Of a DNA stretch of 64,000 bases, positions 24,175 to 37,008 are shown piece by piece. Both the position numbers and the translations under genes were made by a program. The notes below the pieces were generated by a model. It was not told the origin of the DNA and searched no databases. It saw only the letters and a program-made list of their open reading frames with translations. Each line of letters begins with the position of its first letter. Position 1 is the stretch's first letter. The DNA is taken from contig NC_068982.1 in NCBI RefSeq assembly GCF_001194135.2, positions 130,475,013 to 130,539,012 of the forward strand, read 5' to 3'. The DNA is from Octopus bimaculoides (Eukaryota).

Positions 24175-24387
24175 GGCGGTGACCTGGCAGAAACGTTAGC
24201 ACGCCGGGCGAAATGCTTACCGGTATTTCGTCTGTCTTCGTTCTGAGTTCAAATTTCGCTGAGGTCGACTTTGCTTTTCATCCTTTTGGGGTCGATAAAT
24301 TAAATACAAGTTGTGTAATGAGGTCGATCTAATCGACTAGCTCCCTCCCGCCAAATTTCGGGCCGTGTGCCTAGAGTAGAAAAGAAT
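24175..24387 (+). mobile_element. SINE family 1, tail B
   Basis: Complete head, B box and core; tail CCAAATTTCGGGCCGTGTGCCTAGAGTAGAAAAGAAT. Confidence 0.9.
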
Positions 24388-24832
24388 CGCTTGGCTTCGT
24401 AATGTGTAAATATATGTGTACTTATAAAAAGAGTAAAATATATGCATGTATTTTACAGTGTGCATCTGTGTATTTCTTTTCAACTACGCAAGTAGTTTCA
24501 AGATATGCTTGTGAATGTGTATAAAATTAAAAAGAACACTATAAAACTAGAGCTAATAGCATCACAACAACTCATAAAAACATGATTTTGTGTGCATTTG
24601 TAAGTCTTCTTACAATTGCATGTGAACATATGGGTGTAGGTTATGAGCGAATGTGCATGTATATGTATGTGCTTATGTGCAGGAGTATATGTGTGAAATG
24701 TTTGTGTATGCAGGTTTGGGTTTAACAAAGGGAAAACAATGAAACACCTGTGAGCAGGAGTTCTAAATTTAACTGTAGCCAAACCCTACTATCTTGTATG
24801 GACAGGGAGGTTTTAAATACGTGATACAGTGA

Positions 24833-24853
24833 TTAGGGTTAGGGTTAGGGTTA
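24833..24853 (+). repeat. Interstitial (TTAGGG)3 telomere-type repeat
   Basis: TTAGGGTTAGGGTTAGGGTTA read directly. Confidence 0.85.
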
Positions 24854-27099
24854 CATTGATGTAGATAACTTCGTGTATTTTCTATGTGCTGTGATACCGT
24901 GATGGTATGTGAGTTCTGTATTGCATGTATTTAAAACTATAGTCTGAATATGGTTGCATGTATGTGCAGTTATGAGTTTGTGTAGATGCGCGTTAAGGTT
25001 TAGGAAGGTGCATATGTATGTGGTGTATTTATATGCATGTGTATGCATTTTTGGGCTTGCAATCTGCAATATGCTAGTCCACATCCTCTATCTTTCTTTA
25101 TGTCTGTGTATATGTGTATATATGTATATGACATCAGTATACATTAATCAAACTAATAAATGCTTATACATACATGAGAACACTGAATACTCACAGATAC
25201 AAAACATCATTTATAAAAGTTCTACTGAGTAGAACATTTCATCTGCAGCCTACACATTAAGAGGCACTGCAACACAAAATTAATGGAATAAAACTAGTCA
25301 TATGTTAATCAAATATTTTCAGACTTGAAGCTCTTGAACGATTCAATCATTTGAACATGATAAATAACTATAGCCGTCACTTGCAGCCAGCATGACATAG
25401 TAGCATGTACTATGCTTTTGCTAATTGTTTTGAGTGCCTATGTAGTAGTTAGCAGATGTAGACGCCATCTCGATTCTCCCACTTCTGACCCTGTGGAACA
25501 TCAGGAATGTAATAGTTGGAAGCTGGGCAAGATGAACTAGCACTTGTCTGATACTCAATTTTCGGTTGAGCAGACGGGAGCAATGTGAAATAAAGTCCAT
25601 GGCTTAAGAATCAAATACGCTACTAGGTCCTGAAATCGAGTCCAGGATTGTATCTTAGTGAAAATATCGCCATAACCTTTAGGCCATTGACTACATCCAC
25701 TTACATTCACTTCACGAAAGACATAAAACGCAGTAAAAATAGACATAAGATATATGTCTCACACAAATTAAATGTATCTAGGCTATAGAGTAGATGATGT
25801 AAATAATCTCACATAACGCAACATCCATCATAACCTTACGTTTGTAATGATTCCATTAATAATGCATTAACCAAAAAAAATCTCATTAACAATAAACCAC
25901 AAGCCTATAAGCTACTGATTAAATTTCAGACAACTAATGTAATTTACAAACTCATATGCAAACATGAATGTTGCAAGCATCATGAGCAACTAAATGACCA
26001 TGCATGTAAAACAAAAAGGCGATTACATGGTGTAGAAAAGGAAAAAAAAACAACAAAAAGCATTAACTGATAACGAAACTATCTCTCCTAAAATCCTTCA
26101 CCCTCCTCCAAAGAAAATTAGACACGGAAGCTATATAACTAGAAACAAAAGAAAATAGGCATAGAGAGAAAATAACACACACATAAAATGGCATTTTCTG
26201 ATTGCTGAGAGCAACCTGTTGTCAACTGTCCAATAAATAAATAAATATTTAATGATAATGTGAAAAAGACTTTACATGGCTCCGATTATCCTTGTTTGCA
26301 ATGAAACAGCAAGAACAGCCGTTTCTAAAATCATTTCATTTATGACTTGATACTTCGATAGATTTGGAGAATGTATTGCAACAAACAAAATGAAAATAAG
26401 TAGAGGCGGTGTGAATATAAAACATGTACAGATTGTCATACTGCACCTCATAACAATTCATCAGAACATGTTGGTATGTGAGGTTTGGTCCTCAGCTAGG
26501 CAGAAGTATGGTCAGTTCAACAAGAGACCTGTGTTTTGTCGCTTGGGTGACTTAGAATCTACCAGATACGGCACGTTTGATCGGAGCTGACATAGTGTTC
26601 AACATAAACCAGAGAGACTAAAAATAACATGTGTAGGTATGAATGTGTAGATTTATATGTGTAACGACATTTCCTCTTCTGTTTTACATCTCAGTTCAAA
26701 AACTCGTTAATCACCGTCCGACATTTTTTATAGAAGTTCCATTTAATACGCAACCGAATACGATACAGTTCGCAATTCAGAGCACTAAACTATCTTGAAA
26801 TCCAATATCATATATAACAAGTAGTGTTGCATAAAGTACTGCACAAGCAGATGATCTAATATGTTAGTTTTTAATATTTCATTTTATGTAGGATGCATTC
26901 ACATATAATGAAACAAATCTAAGGAATAATGGAGCATATGAAATTATTATGTTTTTATTGCAAAAATAATGAGGGTGAAATACGAACAGTAACTTTAATT
27001 TTAATGTTGGTGAAAAATTAAGGGATTTTACAGTAGTTTCTAAATTCTTTCTGTGTGTGTCTCTCCATCTCTCTCTGTCTCATATATATACATATATAT

Positions 27100-27125
27100 A
27101 GGCTTGAAGAGGCTGAAGCGGATAA

Positions 27126-27181
<56 letters not shown>

Positions 27182-27352
27182 CGTGTGTGTGTGTGTGTAT
27201 CATTGGTCCTCTTCAGCCTCTTCAGGCCTACAGTATAGTTCGAGAATATCTCGCTATTCACCGATCTCTAGTATTTGGTTTCCTCATGACATCTATATGC
27301 GTCGTAGGATTGAAGAGGCTAAAGAGGGCCAGTGATATTATCTAGCCTCGTA
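27100..27352. repeat. 30-bp inverted repeat around a (TA)n(TG)n core, plus a third copy
   Basis: AGGCTTGAAGAGGCTGAAGCGGATAAGTGA (27100-27129) is inverted at 27200-27229; a third direct copy lies at about 27306-27336. Confidence 0.75.
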
Positions 27353-28213
27353 TACGCACACAACCCCCGATAAACAAAGTTGGTAAACAACCCGAGATGG
27401 AAAGATTATTCTAATCTTTACAATATACATATACATGTACACAGTCATGGAAACATACACTCAAATATAAATAAACAAAAAATATAGATATCGTGTTTGT
27501 GAATTGGGGTTTGTGTGTGTAAATTCAGAGATGTGACAGTTTATTTGTATTTAGATGTCTGCATTAACGTTTTATATATGTACACACACACATATACGCA
27601 CACATGTATGCATGCACTCACGCACATACATGAACGCACGTAAGTAGATGCTCGTACCTGTACGTGTATATGTATGAAGTATCAGGTTTGTTAACCTACT
27701 TAAATGATAATTCTCTGTGCATGTGTAGATATGTTTATGTACTGAAACTGACTTACCCCCCAACTCACACACATTCATTGAAACTGAAAAATATTCATGA
27801 TTTTATTCTCTTTAACTCACACACTAGAATGCACATATACATTATACATAACGCACACAAAATAAATACATGGTTACATAGAGAGTTACAGCGTTCAGAC
27901 AAGACAGGCTTGTGAACTCCTCGCGGCCCTTAGTGTTTTTTTAACCTGAGACTGGATGGAAATCTCAGGCAGAGTTATTGAGCGAAAGCTGTTAACCAGC
28001 GAAATCAGGCTACATTCCATGAACAGATGTTAGGAAATGAGCAGCAATGAAATCTGATAATTAGGAAAGGAAATTGCTCCGCGTTTGACCTATAGTTCAG
28101 TGGCAGGTAATGAGAGGGGCAAACTAAAAGTCCAGTGTTTCAATTCTTCTTTGCACTGTTGCAATGAGTTGTTGAACAAATATGTGCCAACCAATCTTCC
28201 CTGGAAACCTATT

Positions 28214-30384
28214 TAAGCCATGGGCTAGTGGGGGTCATGGTGCACCACCCTTGTCGTATACTTTAATGTGCATTTTCATGTTAGCCCTGGGTCTAACAAG
28301 TCAGAGAATTGATGTGGCCAGAAAGAAAATTGGGATGGAAGATACCCCCATGGACTTTTTGACCAAGCCTAGTTTTACAGCTGGAGGCAGAAAATTAGGG
28401 GTATGGATAATTGAAACCGCTCTAAATTTGCAACTCTCCACCAAAATATTCTATATGACCACTTAAAATGTTGGCCTGGTCAAGATCTACAAGACTGTGC
28501 AAATGTTTTGCAAATTTATTCTGTAAAAAGGTCATCAGAGGTCAAAGGGTCGTGAACCCTGACCTTTACCTATAATATTTCGAATGTATGGGTTTTATTT
28601 ATCATCAGACCCTATCAAAGTTTCTTTGTTGTTGTTGTAGAAAATCCATCGAAAAGAAGGATTATAGGTGTTTTTTTATATCACCAGTCTTGAAAGTTTG
28701 AAAAGAAGTAGCATTCACTCTGTGGTATGTGATATATAGTTCAACACTTTTACATGTGCTTTTTTGTATCGCTGAATGTATCGAATACGATTAAGGCAAA
28801 ATCTAGCAATTGATAGTTTGGAATCTTTCCCTGAATCACTGCAAATGACCATACACAATAATTTATATTATAATTATAATCATAATTGGACCTATAAAAT
28901 GAAACATCAAATTATGCAAATTTTTTATGAGATGGATCATATAAGGTCAAATGTCAACAAATTTTGTGAGATGATTGTCAAAATGAATTTGGTGATTAAT
29001 GATTATAACAATTAGTTGATGACCAATGATACTTCAGGACAAGAAAAAGCTATCTGCATAATTCATTCAGATGTAAGATCTGATGACTTCACGTTCATTA
29101 AAAACATTAAAAACTCTGAGGAACGTTTTCAAAAGTTTCTATCTGTGAAAGAACTCAGACTATCGCAACTTGACATTTTCCAACAGATACCAGATAAATC
29201 TGAAAATAATCATGGATATCATTGTGTATGTTATTCAAAATTTACTGCTCATCTGAGCCGTCTTGGGGATGTTCGAGATGATGAGCAATCATCTACTAGC
29301 CAGGTCAGAGAACCTAGACGGTCATCAGTCGACAAAGACAAATTCATTTTCAATCCAGACTGTTTGTTCTGCAGAAAACAAGGAAGGAAAAAAAAAATCA
29401 AAGTGAAGATCATGGACAACTGTTTTTGAAAGTGGAAGAGCCGAATCCATTATTAAACTGGTTGAGGAAAAGTGTGACTTTGATCATCTTGGAAAAATTT
29501 CAGGTTTTAACCTCTTTGCTTGTGAGGCCAAGTTTCATCATTCGTGCAGAAGAACCTACATGCTTCGCCCAGGCAGAACAAGGTCACAAAACTTAGAAAG
29601 AAGCAAGCTACAAGCAGCCCTTCAAAAAGCACACAGCGATGCTGTGTCTTCCACGCCTGTTCTCCGTTCTGCATTGCTGGATTATCATGCCTTCATCGGG
29701 TGCGATATTACCAGTGCCTTCAAAAGGAAGGGGAAAGTGAAGGGACTGAAAGTCTGTGAAACAGAAGAATCATTCCGGAACGTGTTCTCCAAGTTTGGGG
29801 AGTCTTGGGAAGTCAACGAGGAGGTAATGAATGAACTGGAGAGGTTCACATGTGTGCTGTATGGTAAACAAACAGTCACATTCCACGGGGTAAACACTAC
29901 TTCTTTTCAATTTATTTTTACTTCTGGTATTTAAAAGCACATGTAAACTTTCGTTTTCATTAATTTTCAATAAAAGAAAGCGATATATGGCCTTGGTGAT
30001 AAATAAAACCTATGAATGCGAGTTATAGGTAAAGGTCAAAGTTCGTGACCTTTTGACTTCTGGTGATCTTTTTACAGAATAAATTTGCTTATCATTTGCA
30101 TGAACCTGTAGATCTTGACCAGGCAATCATTTTAAGAGGGCATTTGAAATATTTTGGCGAAGAGTTGCAAAGTTAGAGCTGTTTGAATTTTCCATACCCC
30201 TAATTATCTGCCTCCAGCTGTATAAGTGGGCGTGGTCAAAAAGTCCATGGGGGTATCTTCTATCACAAGTTTTTTTGCTGGCAACCTCAATCTTCCGACT
30301 TGTTAGACCCAGGGCTACATGAAAATATCCATTAAAATAAATCACAAGGGTGGTGCACCATGACTCCCACTAGCCCATGGCCTA
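28214..30384 (+). mobile_element. Internally deleted Academ (AcademX-type) DNA transposon
   Basis: Termini TA(A/G)GCCATGGGC...GCCCATGGCCTA. TIRs are clear for about 390 bp and traceable to about 510 bp (28214-28725 and 29883-30384). 3-bp TSD ATT at 28211-28213 and 30385-30387. Encodes an XPG-like motif. Confidence 0.85.
29016..29934 (+). pseudogene. Academ protein remnant (Cys/His-rich N-terminus fused to an XPG/FEN1-like H3TH segment)
   Basis: GYHCVCYSKFT, CLFC and FACEAKFHHSC, then directly SALLDYHAFIGCDITSAFKRKGKVKGLK...LERFTCVLYG. Frameshift near 29405. No DDE region seen. Confidence 0.75.
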
Positions 30385-32096
30385 ATTATTCTGTGAAAAG
30401 TTGCCAGTGGTTCTGCGAGAAATACTGATAAATAGGCTAATTATATGCAAATGGACTTTTGAGTAATCCTTATGGTAAATTTATGATATATGCATGGAAT
30501 CTGACGAAATTAAGGAAACTCTAAGAGAAAATTACCTTGCAGTCGTGAAGGAATTTGCTTTAAACAAAATTATGGGTTGGATGAAATTTTTCAAACCCAC
30601 TTTGTGACATCTGACGAAATTAACACTGCTGAATCTTTCACAAATAGTTACATGATTGTTAAATTTGTTTAACTTTATGAAACAAGAAAAATTAATAAAG
30701 ATAAATAATGATTTTCACGTCGAGTCTCATGGGTGGTATTTCAAACATTCCCCAAACTTAACATATTTAGTAAACACTTCCATTGATAGTCATATAACCG
30801 TCCAAATGTTTGCACATTATCTTACAATTATCTTTGCGTCGATATGATACTTTTAACTAACTGCTACTGGTAATGTCTGTCTAGATCTAAGTAAGCATCT
30901 TTCTTAGGTGCAGCGATGCTATTAATACGTGTACTAATAAATACGAGTGTTTCGTTAACTTATAAAAATAAAAATGAATTTCAAGTTTCTTTGGCATAAC
31001 CCTGTACTTAACACATTTCATATTTTATTTTACGGACGTTTCTTATGATGCGTGTGCGCGCGTGCACATACTCACATTTGATAGCATCATTTTTCAAATT
31101 TCTGGCGATGCTGTAGTATTTTGGAAAAAAGTTATCTTAAAAAGATGTTGATAAATGTCAAGCTATTTCAGGAACATTCTGTAACCACTAAATCGTTGGG
31201 GAAATCAACACGAAGTCAACAGAACCAAAGAGTCTATTTGAAGATCAAATCACTAAGATGACTGATAACGCTGATGGTGTCGCCTTGTCTGTTGCTGAAA
31301 GATCAACACTCTGAGTAGTCAGCATATTTAAAATTACTGACATATGGATGGTTTGCGGAAGATTACACGAAATCTATAAGTCAAAATATTTATGAGACAC
31401 CAAAAGTGAAACTGTTGGAGATAACAGGAGCATCTACGTGGGCGTTCAACTTAGAAATAGCAGCGAAAATTTCCTCATCTAATACTCTACTGTCGTAAAA
31501 ATACTTGAGATAAGGTATCATAGATACACTATTCCTGAGAAAAAAGAAAAAGATGATGGGTAAGTTAGTAATATAACACACTTAATCACAGTTCTGTTTA
31601 ATCAAGGCTGACCTAGAGCTAAACAGAAACAACAACAACAATAACAGGTATTTTGCATATATTTTCAAGGTCTAATTCGTGCAGTTATAATTTACCATAC
31701 CGTTATACTTATACGTCCAGTTCTTTTATTTTCTTTCACTATTTTCTTGCACTTGAACAATTTAAGTATTGGCATTAACTTGGAGAGAGAACGAGGCACC
31801 ACCAATCTGTACCCCTGTGTTTGGACCATTTTGTCACGGAAGGGTGGGTCCACGAGACTTTAGTTTTTTTTGTGTGTAGGACCTATAGGATGGTTGGAGG
31901 TAGGCAGGAAGGTTTCTTTAATCAGGAGAGCTGTTATGAATCATAACAAAAATGTGGAATCTGCTAAAGGCACCCAACGAGCATGCGTTGGGAAACCGAA
32001 TGACGGATAAAATCTACCATCTAATGTCTCAGAACAAAAAAAAAACAATTAAAAAAAACAAAAAATTCAAAACAAAAAACAGGAACAAATGTCCAA

Positions 32097-32204
32097 CCGA
32101 AAAGCAAAGTTGACTTCTTCGGTGGAAGTCAAATGCTGAAAGTTGGAACGAATACCGCGAAGCATCTTGCCTTACCCTCTAACGAATCTGCCAATCTGCC
32201 GCCT
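32097..32204 (-). mobile_element. Degenerate SINE family 1 head and core
   Basis: Ends AATACCGCGAAGCAT..CTAACGAATCTGCCAATCTGCCGCC, the reverse complement of the head. Confidence 0.7.
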
Positions 32205-33569
32205 AACATTTTGTATTGATGATACTTTCAGTGATGTGCTGTCAGTACTCTAATACACTTATAATTTGATAAATGGATTATAATATATTTTGAAATGCAT
32301 AGACTAGACGCTAAGTCTTGCATTCCTTCTGAACAGTTTTTTTTCTCCATTAAATAACTATTTACAGAAATAATGTTAAGAAAAGACATGCAAGTATAAA
32401 AGATAAAGCGATAAAACAGAACGTTTATAACTTTTAGGATATATCATTTGAAGGCTGAGTCTCGAAGTGGATACAGCTACAAATAATGGCAAAAAAGCAC
32501 TTGGATAGTAAAAAATGCCGAAAGCAACTTGTGGCACACGAATCTGCATTTTCTGTTAATCCGGTGTATGATTGCTATTATTTATAGCTTTATCTTCTTC
32601 GAGAGACTTTAAGATTATTTTATTTCACATCTTGAAGCGTCTACATTTCTACATTTCTACAGATCAATATATTTTTGTTTTAATTTTAATGAATAAAATC
32701 CATTCAAAAGTTTTATTTACTAATTTACATGCAGAGGTAGCAAATTCGGGATAGCAAACCTTAATGCATCATCAGTCATGCTCTATGCTCACTGATGGCA
32801 TTATGTCCTATTCATTCGAATAAATACGTATTTTCTTTTTCAAATGTGCTTAAACTATAGGTTTTCACTGTAAAGTCGCGATTGAAGTAGACACCCAGTA
32901 CTCATGGGCTCAGAATGCCCGAAAGAGGTGTTAGACCCACGTTAATAACTTTTGATTCAGAATGTAAAATATTAAGATATTCCGAGGCTATCGTAAATAT
33001 TAATCATAAAAATACTGATCTTAAAATATGTCAGCGGAGCAGGTTATAGTGAAGACACTGTATCAATCGAAGAATCGTTGTCGGTATCTTATGTCAATCA
33101 CATTTTATATTCATATTCATTGTATAAACACACGTAAGTTTCAAGGTCTCAGTGAACTTCAGTGAATAGGCGCTATGGGAAGGTATAGTTCTTGATTTTT
33201 ATTTCCCTTAAAACTCATTTTAGAAACGGTTTTGATCAAATAAACGCATCGTTCATGATATGTTGAGAATGATTATTAAACGGGAGTGAAATTTCATTTT
33301 CAACGAATCCACGAGAGAAAATTATGTAAAGGAATATCACAAAGGCTGGATAGTATATCAAAATAGATTTTATTCTGTTGTCGACTGTTACACTGATTTC
33401 AAGAATCTAGTGGATTAAATCAGAGTGCGAATGATTGGCAAGAGCAGAATTCGAAGTTTGAATTTAAAGTAGCATGACTGACTCTCCCATATACCAAAAG
33501 GAAATTGTGACTTGATTTGGAGAAAGAATGCTAATATTTTTTAATATATGCAGAAAACGGCATAAGGAG

Positions 33570-33680
33570 AGGACAGTCGAATAAATTCACATTCCTAATG
33601 GATACTTGAGTCGATAGTTTATTTTATTGACCCTAAAAGAATGAAACATAAAGGTAACCACTGTTGCATTTGCAGTACTT
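33570..33680 (-). mobile_element. Degenerate SINE family 1 core fragment
   Basis: TTATTTTATTGACCCTAAAAGAATGAAA resembles the reverse complement of the core. Confidence 0.45.
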
Positions 33681-34699
33681 GACTGCTATTTATTTTACAG
33701 ATTTCAGAAGAGTAAAAGGCAAAGATGAACTCGAGGAGAGTTTATCATTCGGGAAGTTTACCATTCTTTCTAACAATCCTGCAAATCCACTACCCTGTAA
33801 CAGATTATAAATAAATAGTGATTATTTTATATTTGTCCAAAGAAAGTTGAACTACCGATTGAATGAAAACAGTTTAAAAGCGAAGTCAATCTTATATTCG
33901 AAGACTACTGGGGCGCAAAACTCAGGGAATGTCAAACATCAAGCCCTTCGAATATCAAATAAATTGAATTGCTGTCAGGAGGAGAAATTTTAATGTTTTG
34001 GGCTATTAAAGCTTCAGCAGAGAGTGAAAAGATAGAGTTCTTTGCTAAACTGTAATTACCTTACCGTAATTGAAATTTTTCGTTGTTCCTCAAATTCTCC
34101 CTTTGGTGCATTGTTTTCTGACACAGACTACCACCAAATATTTCCAAATCCAGGACTATATCCTAATGTAGCTTTAACATCGTTTATCTAACGAGACACA
34201 ATTTCTTAAGTTCTCTTCTAGTAAATTCTTTTACAGTCTTTCTTTAGCAAGCGAGGACTTCAAGACATCCGTCACATTTAAATGATCTTCTACATGGTTG
34301 GTCGATCTTCAAGAAATAGTAACTAAATTTCCATAACTTAAATTACATTCTGCCGCTGTGAAAAGGGAAGGGCACATTGGATAATGTAGTCTCAGATACA
34401 CAAAACTTAGTGTTTGTTCAGAAAATACAGATTTGGTGCTAAACAACAATAATATCAACAGTGCAACTTAGTATTTAGTAATGAACCTAAAATATAATAT
34501 TGGAGGAAAATTAGTACTAAATCTTGATGTTATTATCAAACAATAATTGGTATCTGCGTTCTGCAAAAATACTTCATGTACAGGACTGGGTTTTCATAGC
34601 TTTTGACTGAAACTGACTCCTGGCTATTTATAAATCTAATATTGAAGCCCGTTATGTAAAATTACGTAAAATGGGTCTCACTAACAATATTGTTTTCTC

Positions 34700-34830
34700 A
34701 CACAGGTACAAGGCCTCAAATTTAGAGGAGGGCAATAGTTGATTTCAATGACCCCTGTACTAGATTGGTACATTATTTAATCGATTTCTGATGTATGAAA
34801 GGATCTCGGTAGGTTTTGACTCAGAATGTA
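34700..34830 (-). mobile_element. Degenerate SINE family 1 tail and core
   Basis: GGTACAAGGCCTCAAATTT..GTTGATTTCAATGACCCC..GGTACATTATTTAATCGA..GAAAGG..CTCGG..TTTGACTCAGAATGTAAAG. Confidence 0.6.
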
Positions 34831-37008
34831 AAGATCCATAATCATATTATTCAAGATATTTTGTCCGACTCGTTAACGGTTTTGTCTGTCCACGGCTCTA
34901 TATTGAAAAGAAATTACACACTCGCGCACAGAAAAAAGAGATTGTGCATCCGGCAACGATTTGACGTTACTCACACTTCAGAAGTAACTGCACCACTATA
35001 TTCGAGGCAAACATTTATTTGTTTTTCTTATTCCCAAAATGTTAAATCAGAATACATTCGTCAACAATTTTGTGTTTAAAACTATCTGTATATTATTCTG
35101 AAAGTTGAAATAATGCTAACCAGCAAACTTTTTTTTAAAGAAATTGGTGGTTATCTGCCTTGAATACAAGGAATACAGACTACTGAAAGTATCTATTATT
35201 AGACATTTAGTGCTGCCCAATTTTCCATTTGAGACTATAAAGTTCCTTAGCATTTATAGTATAATTGGCAATATTGTTTAGATAGCGATTTGATGCTAAA
35301 TGAAGATATTGTGCCAACATTCTTTCAAAATTACTAACTTCTCAATAAAGAGACGTTCTATCGTGTAACACCTATGAAGCATGTCTACATGATACATACA
35401 GAAACACATACACACATCATACAGACATACAGAGAAAATGTATATGACTGTCTATAAGGTGTGTTAGTATGTGTAAATATAATATATAAATATACATAGA
35501 TAAAAGATGTATATATTTACACGTGTGTATGTGTATGCATATATTTTCGTTTATGTTTGTTTACACATATATACATACATGTAGCATACATACAATAGCT
35601 TGATTAATAAATGTCTAGTAAAGTGTAGATTCAAATATTGCTTTAACAATCGATGGTACTATGCTGCGTATTCCATCCTATCACTCAAACTTTAATGCTC
35701 CAGATATTTAAATGTAGTTATATTAACAGATGTGTGTAGCGATGACATAGCATAATTGACGTATGTTCTCATTTGTTGTTCTAAATTTAATGCTTTTAAT
35801 AGTCCTGATAATAATATTGGGAAATTGTTTTCATATCGTTCCTTGAATTATCGTGTTAAGATAAGGAAATGTTCAGAGTTGCTCTGAAATATCAACGGAT
35901 CATGGGACATGGCTTTTTAAAAGATAACTAACAGTAATAAGTCAACAAACACGTTCTTTCATTTCCAACAGTATGCTTATGGACTACTTTGTATATTGTG
36001 TCCTTCTACTTCTTAAGACGTTGGCTTGTCAAAAGAGTTCATGAAGTCTCTCTTGTTTATGACTGTACATAGATGCGAGGAAATTTAAGTGGGTATGCAT
36101 GCAGATTTATATGCTTGTATACGTCTATGTATATTTGAATCTATGTGTATGTGTAAGTGTGCGTAGATGTCTATTTGGTATTTGATGCTGTTTTATGTAT
36201 GCATGTATTTATGCTCGCTTGCGTTTATACGTAGGCGTGAGTGTACATGTACTGTTTGCTTTTCTCTCAAGCGTATATATGAGTATGTGTGAGTATAACT
36301 GTTTGCATATCTGGACAGTGTTTCCATGCTGTTACTTTCCTCACCTCCCTTCAACGAATTTTAAAAATAAATCTTCTGTTGTTGCTGTGTTCCTTTTATT
36401 TTCTTACTAACAAAAAGTTCTGCTTGAGACGTTTGACTTCTCTTCCTCTTCCCCTAAAATAATTCCTATGTTTCATTAGTTTGTATTGCTTTATGCAAAA
36501 TATCATTATTTTTTAAATATATATTTAACTGTTTTACACGCTAATTATTTGAAGCTTCGATCTTATTGCTGTAATTTACGCAGATATTCCACAGTTTTTA
36601 AGTATTTCGAAACTGCACCATTTACTTATTGTCTGTCTGTCTGTCTGTCTCTCTCTTAACTGTTATGAAAGTTTGTGCCATTACTCAGGGAACAGCTCAC
36701 TACTAATGACACTAGTGAACTCTAGACCCTTCAACAAAGATGTTAGCATTTTACTCATTTGGCCCATTGACACATTTTCTAAAACAAAAAAGAAAATGCA
36801 TATTACAAAGCACTTCATTTTGTCAATACATTTTAATACGAGTAATGGTTTACCACTGAAGAAATGTACTAATTTAGTCATTCTTTGCAGTATCTTTACA
36901 ATATAACAAAATGAATTTCAACAGGTTAAAATATCGGTTTCATTTAACGCTTAGTAAGAATAACATAAAATTGCACTGATAAATATAATGTTAATATTTT
37001 GTCGAGCG

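Noticed and set aside
30445-30453. Octamer ATGCAAAT (also near 22887)
   Set aside because: An 8-mer of this composition is expected several times in AT-rich DNA; no snRNA gene follows.
31972-31991. Hairpin CCCAACG-AGCATG-CGTTGGG
   Set aside because: A single 7-bp stem is expected by chance in 64 kb.
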